From the human T2T-CHM13v2.0 reference genome, Homo sapiens, in assembly GCF_009914755.1 (NCBI RefSeq), contig NC_060938.1: 64,000 nt of DNA; one strand, written 5' to 3'. The translations under genes were made by a program, and so were the position numbers. Below, in pieces: positions 1 to 14,053 of the stretch. Each line of letters opens with the position of its first letter. Within the stretch, counting starts at the first letter, position 1. The notes beneath the pieces are model-generated. The model saw only the letters and a list, made by a program, of their open reading frames with translations, was not told the DNA's origin and did no database searches.

Positions 1-868
<868 letters not shown>

Positions 869-1130
869 GTTATAATTGATAAAAAATTCTGTAAATTTGC
901 AGAATACAACACCTACATACAAAAATTGGTGGCATTGCTAAATGCAAACAGCAAAAAATCAATAAAGCATTTTGTTTATAATAGCTAAAAATTATATTTC
1001 ATATTACCAAATAAGTGAAAGATTTCTAAAAGAAAACCAGAAATGATTGATAATAAAAAATAAAGTGAACACACACAAATTGAAAATATATCTGAAATAT
1101 TCCATGTTCATGGTTCAGAAAAATTAATAG

Positions 1131-2046
1131 TTTTTTTCTTTCTTTTTAAATAATACTTTAAGTTCTAGGGTCCATGTGCACAATGTGCAGGTTTGCTACA
1201 TATGTATACATGTGCTATGTTGGTGTGCTGCACCCATTAACATTACATTAGGTATATCTCCTAATGCTATCCCTCCCCACTCCCACGACCCCATGACGGG
1301 CCCTGGTGTGTGATGTTCCCCACCTTGAGTCCAAATGTTCTCACTGTTCAGTTCCCACCTATGAATGAGAACATGTGGTGTTTGGTTTTCTGTCCTTGTG
1401 ATAGTTTGCACAGAATGATGGTTTCCATTTTCATCCATGTCCCTACAAAGGACATGAACTCATCCTTTTTTATGGCTGCATAGTATTCCATGGTGTATAT
1501 GTGCCACATTTTCTTAATCCAATCTATCACTGATGGACATTTGGGCTGGCTCCAAGTCTTTGCTATTGTCAATAGTGACACAATAAACATAAGTGTGCAT
1601 GTGTCTTTATAGCAGCATGATTTATAATCCTTTGGGTATATAGCAAGTAATGGGATTGCTGGGTCAAATAGTATTTCTAGTTCTAGATTCTTGAGGATCG
1701 CCACACTGTCTTCCACAATGGTTGAACTAGTTTACAGTCCCACCAGCAGTGTAAAAGTGTTCCTATTTCTCCACATCCCCTCCAGCGCCTGTTGTTCCCT
1801 GACTTTTTAATGATCGCCATTCTAGCTGGTGTGAGATGGTATCTCATTGTGGTTTTGATTTGCATTCCTCTGATGGCCAGTGATGATGAGCATTTTTTCA
1901 TGTGTCTGTTGGCTCCATAAATGTCTTCTTTTGAGAAGTGTCTATTCATATCCTTTGCCCGCTTTTTGATGGGGTTGTTTGTTTTTCTTGTAAATTTGTT
2001 TAAGTTCATTGTAGATTCTGGATATTAGCCCTTTGTCAGATGAGTC
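1131..2046 (-). mobile_element. 5'-truncated L1PA 3' end
   Basis: T-rich tail, L1PA 3'UTR (tactttaagttctagggt…) and ORF2 C-terminal peptides ([28 protein letters not shown]) on the minus strand. Confidence 0.9.
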
Positions 2047-2049
2047 ATG

Positions 2050-3260
2050 TGTCATGTACGATTTATTTATTTATTTCTGCTGTATTTTGTAGTTCTCCTT
2101 GCAGAGATCCTTCACCTTGTTTGTTACCTGTATTTCCAGGCATTTCATATTTTGTGTGTGTGAATATTGTAAGTGGGATAGGATTGTGTTCTTGATTTCA
2201 GTCTCAGCTTGGACATAGTTGGGGTATAGAAATGCTAGTGATTTTTGTACATTGATTTTGTATCCCAACACTTTACCAAAATTGTTTATCTATTCTAGAA
2301 TTATTTTGGCAGGGTCTTTAGAATTTTCTAGGTATAGAATTATATCATCAGTTTGGAGAGATACATTGAGTTCTTCTTTTCCTATTTGGATTCTGTATTA
2401 GTCCATTCGCAAACTATAAAGAAACACCTGAGACTGTGTAATTTATAAAGATTTTTAATTGTTTCATGGTTCTTCAGGCTATACAGGAAGCATGGCTGGG
2501 GAGGCCTCAGGATCCTGACAATCAGTACAGAAAGGGAAGCATCATGTCCTACCTGGCTGGAGCAGGAGGAAGAAAGACGAGGGAGGTGCCACGTACTTTG
2601 AAACCAGATCTCCTGAGGGCTCTATCATGGGATCAGCACGAGAGAGAGACTCATCCCCATGATCTAACCACCTTTCATCAGGCCCCACCCTCAACACTGC
2701 GTATTACAATTTGACATTTAATTTGAGTGGGGACACAAGTACAAACCATATCAGCTGCCTTTTATTTTGATATTGCTTGGTTGCTCTGACTAGGGTTTCT
2801 AGTACTATGTTCAATAGCAGTGGTGAGAGGGCATCTTGGTCTTCTTTCACTTCTAAAGGGTTTTGAGCTTTTGCTCACTCAGTATAATGTTGACTGTGGA
2901 TTGGTCATAGATGGCTCTTATTATTTCGAGGTAAGTTTTTTTGATGCCTAGTCTGTTGAGGGCTTTTATTATGAGCGGATGTTGGATCCTATCAAAAGCT
3001 TTCTCAGCATCTATTGAGATAATCATATGGTTTTTGCTTTTATTCTGCTTACATGGTGAATCACAGTTACTGAATTGTGGATGTTGAATGAACCTTGCCT
3101 TCCAGGGGTAAAGCCTACTTGATCATGAGGTATTACATTTTAAAGTGCTTCTGGATTCTATTTGCTAGTATTTTGTTGAGAACTTTTCGGTCTATATTCA
3201 CCAGGAATATTCATCTGATGTTTTCTTTTTAAATTATGCATCTTCCTGATTTTGTATCCC
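2050..3260 (-). mobile_element. Older L1 ORF2 fragment interrupted by a MaLR LTR
   Basis: Degenerate ORF2 peptides ([14 protein letters not shown]) on both sides of the LTR at 2394-2753. Confidence 0.75.
2394..2753 (-). mobile_element. MST/THE1-type MaLR solo LTR
   Basis: Termini tgtattagtcc…aaaccatatca are typical of MST/THE1 LTRs in reverse orientation. Confidence 0.8.
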
Positions 3261-4339
3261 AAGAACACACAGTGAAGGATGGACAGTCTCCTCAATATAT
3301 GATGTAAAAGCTTAACATCCATATGCAAAAGAAATAAAATTAGACCTTCTCTAACACCGTATTCAAAAATAAACTAAAAATGAACATAACCTGAAGCCAC
3401 AAACTCATAGAACACATGGAAAAAAACTTCCTGTCATTGATTCAGAAATGATTTCTTTGAATTTAATAGAAAAAAGCACAGGAAAAAAACTATGTGCAAT
3501 TATATACCTGACATAAGTTCTATCCAAAAGTATAAATAACTCATGCAACTCAATAGCAAATAACAAATGATCTGATAAAAAGGGCAAAAACTGGATAGGT
3601 TTTTCTTCAGAAAACACACACATGAAAAACAGAGCCTCAAAGGGTTCTCAACATTACTAATTATCAGAGGAATTCAAATCAAAATCATGATGAGTTATCA
3701 CCTCACTCTGCTTAAAATGGCTATCATCAGCAAGACATATAACACATATTGGCAAGAATGTGGTGAAAAGAGAATCCTTTTAGGGTGTGGTAGGATTGGT
3801 TACTCAATAAATTGAAAAATAAAGCTATCATATCATCTGGTGATCCCACTTCTTGTTATGTATTCAAATAAGTAAAATTATTATGTTAAACACATGCTGA
3901 TTGCAAGGTTATTTATAATAGTGTAGATTTGTAAAATAATTTAATGACCACAGACTGATGAATGTATAAAGAAAATGTGTACACATAAAACTGAATTTTA
4001 TTAGGCTTTGAAAAGAAGGAAATTCTGACATTTGCAACAACACGGATGGGCCTGGAGGACATGATGCTAAGTGGAATAAGCCAGATGCAGAAAGACAAAT
4101 GCTGCATTATCTCATTTACATGTGGTATCTAAAACACCCAAGCTCTTGAAAGCAGAAAGTAAAATAATGGGTCCCAGGATGTGGGAGGAGAGGGAAATTG
4201 GGTGATGTTTAAAGGGTACAGAATTTCAGGTGTGCAGGTTGAATGAGTTCTGGAGATCTAATCTACAGCAATGTTCCTGTATTTAATACTGTGTTGTAAA
4301 AGTGATTTTTGCTGAAAGGGTAGATCTTAGATATTCTCA

Positions 4340-4375
<36 letters not shown>

Positions 4376-4960
4376 CATTTAAAAAAAAAATGTATGTGGG
4401 ATGATAGGCACACAAATTACCTTGATCATGATGAGCATTTTACAATGTGTATCTGATACAGTTTGCAACTCGTCCTGGCCTGAATCTCGTGTTGTATTAT
4501 AATCCTCAATCCTGAAGCTGGGACCCAGTGGGAGATGCTTGGGTCATGGGGTGGGTCTTTCATGAATGGTTTAGCACTGACTCTTGGCGCTGTTCTCATA
4601 ATATTGTGTGAGTTATCATAAGATCTGGTTGTCTAACTGTGTAGACCTCCCTCTCTTCCTGTGGCCCCTGCTCTGGCCATGTGATGTGTCTACTACTATT
4701 TGTCTTCTGCTATGATTCTAACTTTCCTGAGTCTCACCAGAAGGAGAAGCCACTACACTTCCTGTACAGTCTGCAGAAAAATGAGCCAATTAAACATCTA
4801 TTTTTTTGTTTCACATTACTCAGTCTCAGGCATTTCTTTATAGCAGTGTGAGAATGGACTAACACAATATCAAAACATGAAGTGGTGCACCTTAAACATA
4901 TACATTTAAAAATATTTCAATTGTTCCTCATTAAAACTGAAAAAATTAAAGTTACTTTTA
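3260..4960 (+). mobile_element. Old L1M 3' region containing (CA)n and a nested MST LTR
   Basis: L1M-type 3' end sequence (gaaattctgacatttgcaacaacacggatgggcctggagg…); (CA)n at about 4341-4372. Confidence 0.65.
4454..4866 (+). mobile_element. MST-type MaLR solo LTR
   Basis: tgatacagtttg…gaatggactaacaca, with attaaa poly(A) signal and a near-perfect 5-bp TSD (gtatc/atatc). Confidence 0.75.
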
Positions 4961-4967
4961 TAATAAA

Positions 4968-6655
4968 TAAATACCATGCTCATGGATAGGAAGAATCAAT
5001 ATTGTGAAAATGACCATAGTGCCCAAAGTAATTTATACAATCAATGCTATTCCCATCAAGCTACCATTGACTTTCTTCACAGAGCCAGAAAAAACTACCT
5101 TAAACTTCATATGGAACTAAAAACAGCCTGTATAGCCAAGATAGTCCTAAGCAAAAAGAACAAAGCTGAAGGCATCATGCTACCTGACTTCAAATTATAC
5201 TATAAGGCTACAGTAACAAAAACAGCATGGTAGTGGTGCCAAAACAGTTATATAGACCAATGGAACAGAGCAGAGGCCTCAGAAATAACACCACACATCT
5301 ACAACCATCTGATCTTCAACAAACCTGACAAAAACAAGCGATGGGGAAATGATCCCTATTTAATAAATGGTGCTGGGAAAACTGGGTAGCCATATGGAGA
5401 AAACTGAAACTGGATCCCTTCCTTATACCTTATACAAAAATTAACTCTAGATGCATTAAAGACTTAAATGTAAAATCTAAAACCACAAAAACCCTAGAAG
5501 AAAACATAGGCAGTATCATTCAGGACATAGGCATGGGCAAAGGCTTCATGACTAAAACACCAAAGCAATTACGACAAAAGCCAAAACTGACAAATGGGAT
5601 CTAATTAAACCAAAGAGCTTCTGCTCAGCAAAAGAAACTATCATCAGAATGAACAGGCAACCTACAGAATGGGAGAAAATTTTTGCAATCTATCCATCTG
5701 ACAAAGGTCTAATATCCAGAATCTACAAGGAACTTAAACAAATTTACAAAAAAAAAACAACCCCATCAAAAAGTGAGCGAAGGACATGAACAGACACTTC
5801 TCAAAAAAAGACATTTATGCAGCTAACAAACATATGAAAAAAAGCTCATTATCACTGGTCATTAGAGAAATGCAAATGAAAATCACAATGAGACACCATC
5901 TCATGCCAGTTAGAGTGTTGATCATTAAAAAGTCTGGAAACAACAGATGCTGGTGAGAATGTGGAGAAATAGGAACACTTTTACACTGTTGAGGGGGAGT
6001 GTAAATCAGTTCAACCATTGTGGAAGACAGTGTGGAAATTCCTCAAGGATCTAGAACGAGAAACACCATTTGACCCAGCAGTCCTGTTACCGGCTATATA
6101 CCCAAAGGATTATAAATCATTCTACTATAAAGACATATGCACATGTATGTTTATTGCAGCACTATTTACAATAGCAAAGACATGGAACCAACTCAAATGT
6201 CCATCAATGATAGACTGTATGAAAAAATGTGGCATATGTACACCATGAACTACTATGCAGCCATAAAAAAGAATGATTTCATGTCCTTTGCAGGGACATG
6301 GATGAAGCTGGAAATCATCATCCTCGGCAAACTAACACAGGAACAGAAAACCAAACACCACATGTTCTCACTCATAAGTGGGAGTTGAACAATGAGAACA
6401 CATGGACACAAGGAGGGGAACATCACACACTGGGATGTGTCAGGGGAGGAAAAGCATTAGGAAAGGGGAGGGAGAGCATTAGGACAAATACCTAATGCAT
6501 GAGGTGCTTCAAACCTAGATGACAGGTTGATAGGTGCAGCAAACCGCCACGGCACATGCATACTTACGTAAGAAGCCTGCATGTTCAGCACATGTATCCC
6601 AGAACTTAAAGTAAAATATAAAATATAAATAAATAGTAATCAAAAATAAAAAAAG
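4968..6655 (+). mobile_element. 5'-truncated L1PA (ORF2 3' part, 3'UTR, A-rich tail)
   Basis: ORF2 peptides ([30 protein letters not shown]) followed by the 3'UTR and an A-rich tail. Confidence 0.9.
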
Positions 6656-8514
6656 AAATATATACTTCATATTTTCTCAACAAAAATGAGACAATATAGG
6701 AAAACCTACACTAATATATTTGTAACGGCTTTGCCTATAATATTCATAAAATGGAAACAAATTTAAAGTACATCAACAGGAAAATAAATCAAAATATTCT
6801 CATTTATTTACTTAATGGACTGACTCAGATATAAAATCTTTCTCCTTCCTCTCCCTGTCTCCATATATACATGAAAACTTTGAGGTTTCATATCAGAGTC
6901 AGTCCATGAATTGAATAAATGACAATATGTTGATCTAATTTTATACATTAAATAGCATGAATTAATCTCAAAAATATCGAAGCCCCTTTCAAAAAAAAGG
7001 TCTATAATGTTTGATTCCATTTATATAAAGTTCAAAACGGAAAAAAATGGATCTGTAGTGTGAGAAATCAAAACATTTCCCCATGCAGGAGTTGACCGCA
7101 GGCACAGGGAAAGACCCGCGATGTGGGGATGGACTTGCTCTTCAGCTACCTTAGGTGCTGGGGACAAGGGTATTCACATTTGCCAGAAACTCTCTAGTGA
7201 TACATTCCAGATCTATGCATATTTTCTTATATGTAAATTTTATCGCATAAAAACAAAAAATGAAAAAGTGTAGAATAGTTTAAAATTCAGTAATAACAAA
7301 ATTAATATTAAAACCCTATCCAAAATATGAACATTATTATATGAATTAATACAATGCATTCAAGTATATGTACTAAAATTAAATCCCAGAAATCAAAAAG
7401 ACAAGGGTAACATCTTAAACTTAATAATTAATAAACATGCATCTCATAGAGAAGAAAAAAAAGTCAAGATATGAGGAACATATATTCCTTTTTTCCAATC
7501 AAATGTAATTAAATTATTTATACAATATTTTAACCTGTGTCATTAGTATAAATTACTAATATTTTGTGTGATATTACAACTGACAACAACTTTTAAAGAA
7601 GAAAAGATACTTGAGAGCACGTGAACTAAATTGAATGTATTCTCAAAGTTGGTCCAACTATTACACTTCAAAGTTCTAATAATACCCTGGTTTGAGTGGG
7701 ACTTTGAAAAAATTAATTTTAAGAGATAAATTTGAAAAATAAACTGATAATCTGTAATAAAGAGAAATCAGCATTCCATATCAGAAAAAAATGAAAATTT
7801 GCAATACATATAAAGTCCTGAGAAGAAACCTTGAAGCACAGAAAGGGTCTCATGCATAGTAGGTTGTAATACGTCTATTGGTAAAATTATCACCTTTATG
7901 TTGTTTTGAAAAATTAAAGCTAAGCATAATGAAATTAATGTGTTTGTGCTCATCTGGTATAACAGCATGTTGAGAAAATGGAAGAGCCCTGTAAGCCTGA
8001 GGAGGTGGCTTAATCCAAGGAGAGGCATCAGATTTAAAAATATATAATTAAAATTTCATTGAAAATTGAGAAATTTTGGTTGTATATATTTATGGGGCAC
8101 AAAGGTATGTTATGGTTTGTGAATGCAATACAGAATAATTGAATCAAGTTAATTGACATATATATTACCTCAAATCATCAAATCCTTATCTTTTTTTGTG
8201 ACAAGAACATTTGTAATTTTTTCTTGACTGTTTTAAAATGACGAATACACTATGTTAAGGCTTAGAAATAGACATCCATTTATGCAAACTATAGAGAATG
8301 ATCGAAATCAATTATAGATTACTCTAATTTATATTTAGCTCATCATTAAGTTTAATTCTTTAGAAAATATTTTAGAATTATTTTATTATAATGTTAAATA
8401 TAAATGGCTACACATGTATGTATAGGCTTGTGTATTTACACATCTGTCTGCAGATGTAAATTAATGTCCCCATAGGTATGTAGTTGCTGGTATGGACAGA
8501 CATTAATAAAACTA

Positions 8515-8803
<289 letters not shown>

Positions 8804-10012
8804 ATATTTATAATAGGAGCATGACTATATTGCCAAATATAAAATAAAATATCATAATGGCAACAATCAATTTTACCTGTCACCTTGACTAGACCACAGT
8901 CTCATCTACTCATTCACACACTAGCTTAGGTGTTGCTCCCATGGCATAACACAGGTGTTAGTGGAGCCTGCCATTATTTTTCCTAAGTCAGGAAGAGTGT
9001 TCTAGATAATCTAGGTGGGACTGATTCAAAGAGAGCATAACAGAAGACGATGGGACTCCATGGTGGACGGCAGATGCAGATCTTCCCAGGAATTCCAGCT
9101 GTCTTTCCTGATGACCAGTAGTATTGACCTTAGACTGCCTAGGCAGATTCTACAATTATCGTTACCCAGAGCTCACAGCACAATGGAGTGCCCATCCCCA
9201 GCTCTTCTCAAAGTCACAGGTGAAAGTCCAAACTCTGAGACAGTGTGAGAAGCACAAGATCAGCTCTACATCAATATCCTATTGGAGAAAACTAGTATTA
9301 TTCCCTTCATGGCTAATGTCCACTTCATTTTCCAAATGCCTCCATGCACAGAAGACAAGAGTGTCCAGACAATGGTGAGTGAGAAAGTCCCCGTAGCCTA
9401 CCCAGGTCCTGCAGACCTGAGCCCTGGGATTTTGACTACAGAAAACACATCGTCTGTTTTCAGGGAAGAGAAGAAGAAAGCGAACTGTGAGAATCAAACC
9501 TACAGAGAAGGAAATGGATTAGCAGAAAGAGGGTCAACTGAATCAGTCTGAGTTTACAAGACGAGGGGGGATAGCTGTGAAAACCATCAGGTTTTAAGGA
9601 CTCTGACCCTGGGCGAGCCTCTCTCTTGGCTCCCGTCAGAGCTCAAGGCCTGTTCTAATCAGAGATTCCCATGGAGGTCTCTGCCCTGAGTCTAACTGGA
9701 AAACACTCTCCAGGTTTCCCTGGGATTCCTCAGGACTCTTATCCTGGTGACCATGAAAGGATTATTTCTGTCCCCAAAGTGACACCCTGGCTTCTGTGGA
9801 GCTGAGGATGTTTCCTCTTGTTACAAAAACAAAGAAACAAAAAGGACAAAAACGTTTTCCACTTAGAGACATCAAATGTTAGTACAGAATTGTAAATCTG
9901 GAGAAGTTCCTGGGGAAATTTGACGACGAGGCCGCCCCAGACCGCGACAGGAAGCCAGCCCTCAGCAGCACCTGCACCTGCCCTGGAGACAGCCCCGTGC
10001 TCAGTGTCCCGG

Positions 10013-10044
10013 GCGCCCCCTGGTGGTCCCAAGGGACCCCTGCA
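10013..10044 (-). promoter_or_regulatory. RSS-proximal CTCF motif (perfect core plus upstream TGCAG module) of IGHV3-11
   Basis: Minus strand TGCAG-N13-CCACCAGGGGGCGC; the core lies 22 bp 3' of the nonamer. Confidence 0.75.
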
Positions 10045-10048
10045 GGGA

Positions 10049-10087
10049 GGTTTGTGTCTGGGCTCACACTGACTTCCCCTCACTGTG
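10049..10087 (-). promoter_or_regulatory. 23-RSS of IGHV3-11
   Basis: CACAGTG (10087-10081), 23-bp spacer, ACACAAACC (10057-10049). Confidence 0.97.
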
Positions 10088-10537
10088 TCTCTCGCACAGT
10101 AATACACGGCCGTGTCCTCGGCTCTCAGGCTGTTCATTTGCAGATACAGTGAGTTCTTGGCGTTGTCCCTGGAGATGGTGAATCGGCCCTTCACAGAGTC
10201 TGCGTAGTATATGGTACTACCACTACTACTAATGTATGAAACCCACTCCAGCCCCTTCCCTGGAGCCTGGCGGATCCAGCTCATGTAGTAGTCACTGAAG
10301 GTGAATCCAGAGGCTGCACAGGAGAGTCTCAGGGACCCTCCAGGCTTGACCAAGCCTCCCCCAGACTCCACCAGCTGCACCTGACACTGGACACCTGCAA
10401 ACACAGAGACAACCTAGTCAGAAACTGCCACATATATTCACTGCTTATCTCACTCACGTCCACTCAATGTCTCTAGTTCTCCATAAATCACCTTTTATAA
10501 TAGCAACAAGGAAAACCCAGCTCAGCCCAAACTCCAT
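10088..10537 (-). CDS. IGHV3-11: Ig heavy variable 3-11, functional (leader exon 10537-10492, V exon 10394-10088); *01-like
   Basis: Leader [20 protein letters not shown] intron, [66 protein letters not shown]…YYCAR; intact RSS and octamer. Confidence 0.97.
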
Positions 10538-10663
10538 GGTGAGTCCTCTGTGTTCAGTGCTGATCACCGAATGGAAACTCCTGGGAATTCTGGGGCTGGG
10601 GCTCTTCTCCCAGAGCTGCAGGGTCTGGGCTCGGCTGGTTTTTATCAGCAGAGGGAGGGCCCT

Positions 10664-10671
10664 ATTTGCAT
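10664..10671 (-). promoter_or_regulatory. VH promoter octamer (IGHV3-11)
   Basis: ATGCAAAT about 130 bp upstream of the ATG. Confidence 0.93.
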
Positions 10672-13600
10672 GTCTCCTACTATATAGCAAGCTCTAGTGG
10701 GACGCTGGAGGAGAGGGCAGTGCCCAGAGCAGATGAGAGGGTCCCGGAAAACACTGGAGGTAATCCTATCTCTCAGGAAAATATAACTTCAGATTATGTG
10801 ATTGTGACTTGATGATCAATTAGCAGTCATCATCTTATTTAATGTTTACATATTTGCAGAATATATTCAGTGCAAGTGTCAATGTTACATTTTTAGAGAA
10901 GATGAATTACATACATAACAGAGCAGTTGTGCAATGTGTCCAATATCACACATCTGGACAGCGTCAGCCCTATTATCCGTGCCTGTGCCTCTAAACACTG
11001 GAGGAGACTGCTCCCCTGAGACAGCTCCAGGGCAGTGTGGGACATGCCTAGTGTGATTTGCAGGGTATCCCACCTGTCATAACGACTTTATGTGACTTTG
11101 CTTTTTCTAGTATTTACCTGAAATATGCAATCAGTGTTCACATGTGTGTATTTTCAGGAGTCCGTGATTATTCAAGTGTCAATATTCATCTCTTTCTTGC
11201 TCTTCCTCAGCCAATATACTCATTTTTGTTACTGCTTTATTCAAAAATTCAATCAATAGTGAATTCAAATTTATAGTGTACGATATGGAAAATGTTGGTA
11301 TATGTGTGCAGCCTTTGAATCAGCACTTCAATCGTGCTATTAGCAATTAAATTAACCTCCAAATTTTTTTCTCTCACTTCTCTGTAATTTTATTTCACCA
11401 TCTTGTTACCTCACCACACTTTTCTCAGAAAAATTCAGATCTTCTCCATGTTAATTTAGAATAGTTGCATTTTCTACAATTTATACAAAAGAAATCACAG
11501 GAGATTTACTGTGAATTCTTTAGCTTCCTTCACTCAGCACAATTATTTGATAATGTCCTCACATTCTTATGTGACTGAGGCATGCCTTGATTTCAATTGT
11601 TCATTGTATTTCAGTACATGAATATTTCTCAAATAGTTTAACAATGCACCAAATAGTGGATATTTGATATTTTGTCTTAGTTTCCGAATTTTATTTAGAA
11701 AGCAGATACTAAGCACGGGAATGTAAAAAAAAAAATGAGAAAATGATCTTCTTCTGACCTCATTAACAAGAAACTTGAAGAACTACAAAAAATGAACCCT
11801 TCAACATATCTGAGTTGATGTTGCAGAGAAAAAAACCCCTGAAATCTGAGAAAATGGGGAGCCTGCAGAGAAAACTAGGTCCATTTATTAGAGTACCTGG
11901 GGCAGGTGCCACTCATTGTATGGTATTGAAGATAGGAAAAAGCTAACCTGGAAATGTTTCATGAGTTGTTGAGGATGTGTGTGCTAATGCTGTGAGAGTG
12001 TGAAACTCCTGGCACTTGCGGGCTTTTCCTACAGAATTGGAGAAATCCCCAGACAACTCAGCCACCTGCTGTCCTGTGATGTTGACTGGGGAGGAAGAAC
12101 AGTAGCTCCGTTCAATGCTGAATCCCTCTTCACGATATGTGGGAGACATTTATTAAATCTTGTGTCCTTCAGGCACTGGTAGAATCAACTAGAACAGAAG
12201 GAAACAGAGGACACCAAGGAGACTCTACCCAGAAACACCTCCCGTCTCTTTCCTGAGGAATGAAATCCTGAGTCTGTGGAGTAAGGACAGTGGGTCAGAA
12301 GCTGAGGACACTGATGGAAGACCACTGTGGCTAGAAAGAGACACTCTGACTTGGGGAAGGGAAGGAACAGGAACGCTTGGAAGACCATGCTTCAGAGCCA
12401 TTCTCACCACCCATAGCTAAGAAGGATGCTTGGTCAGAAGGTTGGAGAACATCCCCCTGTGTCCAAGCCCCTTCACCCCACAAACAATCACCAAGTAAAA
12501 GTGTCAGCAGGATGCACCTGCCACAGATGAAAGAGACAGGCTCTCTCTGGGGAGAAAGAAATGGGAAGAGCCAAACCGGGACACAAAAGTGGGTATCACT
12601 GGAGGAACCTGAACTTTTTGTGAACAGGAGAAGCTGACTTCAACTCTGATAGCCGTGGCAACCATACACTTGAAATCCAACCCTGACTAGGTTCATAGAA
12701 ATGTGGTTAATAAAGGCCCAGCAGAATGTAATGTGTGATCATCTCCATGAACAAAATAATAAACACAAGAAAATAAATTACAAGTGAAATGCAAACTGGA
12801 ATTCTATGTGCATTACATTTTCATTAAAAGTGAAAGGCAAATAAAATTCTGTCATTACAAAAAGATCTTGAGACAATTTATTGTCAGCACATTCATGCTT
12901 CAGTGCACATTTTAACAAACTTTCTCTGCTAGTAGCCGTGTGATATACATTCAAAACATAAATCTATACGAAGAAATTAAGACTGTACAAAATGGGAAAA
13001 TCAAGATGAAGTGCAGTTTTTATCTTTGTAATTGCTATATTATATAACTATGAAAGGAATAAAAAATTTATATATTATGTTTTATAGTATATGTAAGTGC
13101 AAACTGGGAATAAACAAGAAAGAGCAGTGAGAAGGAGGAATTCAAAGCACACAGTTACACTGTCTCTGTTCTTCATATCAAGGCCATCACAGTATCTGCA
13201 TTAGAATCCAATTATATACAATTCTTATAGAATCTAATTATATACAATTCTTATTGTAAAACTTATGGTAACCAATATAATATTTATAAAAGTGAATTAG
13301 ATTATATGTTAGTAGAGAAATAAACATCATTGTGAAATGCTAATTTAAACAATGTAACAGAAAAATAATATTAGTTTAAAAATAGAGCTTATTATAGTTG
13401 ATTTTAAAAAGCAAGCCCCAACTAGAAGCTATGTATTAGAAAATTACTGTACGTATTCACAAATGTAAAAACTAAAGATGAGAAAACATGGATTACAAAA
13501 ATATGAACCAAAATAAATCTATAGTAGCTGTGTAAAGTTAAGAAAAAATAGACATCAAAAAAGACTTTTAGGACTTAACAGGGATATTACACAGGATAAA

Positions 13601-13749
13601 GTTACCAGTTTTTTAAAAGATGCCAAAAAAGACTTAACAAGTGTATAATAGATGAAGAATGCACCATTCGTTGTGATTTACAGAACAAACGTGATAAAGG
13701 AAGTAAAGATCTCAGTGAGACCGTGCACGTAAGGGTGCATGTAAGAACT

Positions 13750-14053
13750 TCCTCTTGAATTTCTCCCTGTTGCTGCCCACGCCAACTCTGGTCCTGGAGC
13801 CTGCTGGACCAAGCTTATGCTGCAATCAGTGAAGGTGATCCGGAGTCTTTGCAGGAGTGGCTGAGTGAACCGCTGGGCTGTACAATCTTTCTCCCTCTGA
13901 CTCCATCAGTAAACTTCACACAGGACTTCTGCAAACACAGAGAGATCAGACTGAGAGCAGCCCCATGAGCAGCAGCCACAGCTGGACCTGATTCACAAGG
14001 GCCACTAATACGAGGGTGATGAGAAGGGAAGCCCAGATCAGTGCAGACCCCAC
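13750..14053 (-). pseudogene. IGHV(III)-11-1: Clan III VH pseudogene, 3'-truncated, no RSS
   Basis: Leader begins with GTG (14053) where the paralog has ATG; acceptor tgtttgcag at 13930-13929; frameshifted FR1-FR2 (IVQPSGSLSHSCKDSG…SISLVQQAPG); decayed octamer ATGGAAAT at 14154-14161. Name assigned from position between 3-11 and 1-12. Confidence 0.8.

Noticed and set aside
4341-4372. (CA)n microsatellites (also about 15219, 38474, 41018)
   Set aside because: Ordinary simple repeats with no supporting context.
9739-10404. Long single-exon V ORFs (also 22899-23333, 47082-47519, 58504-59094)
   Set aside because: They start in the intron and read through the RSS. The real coding units are leader exon plus V exon, completed only by VDJ recombination.
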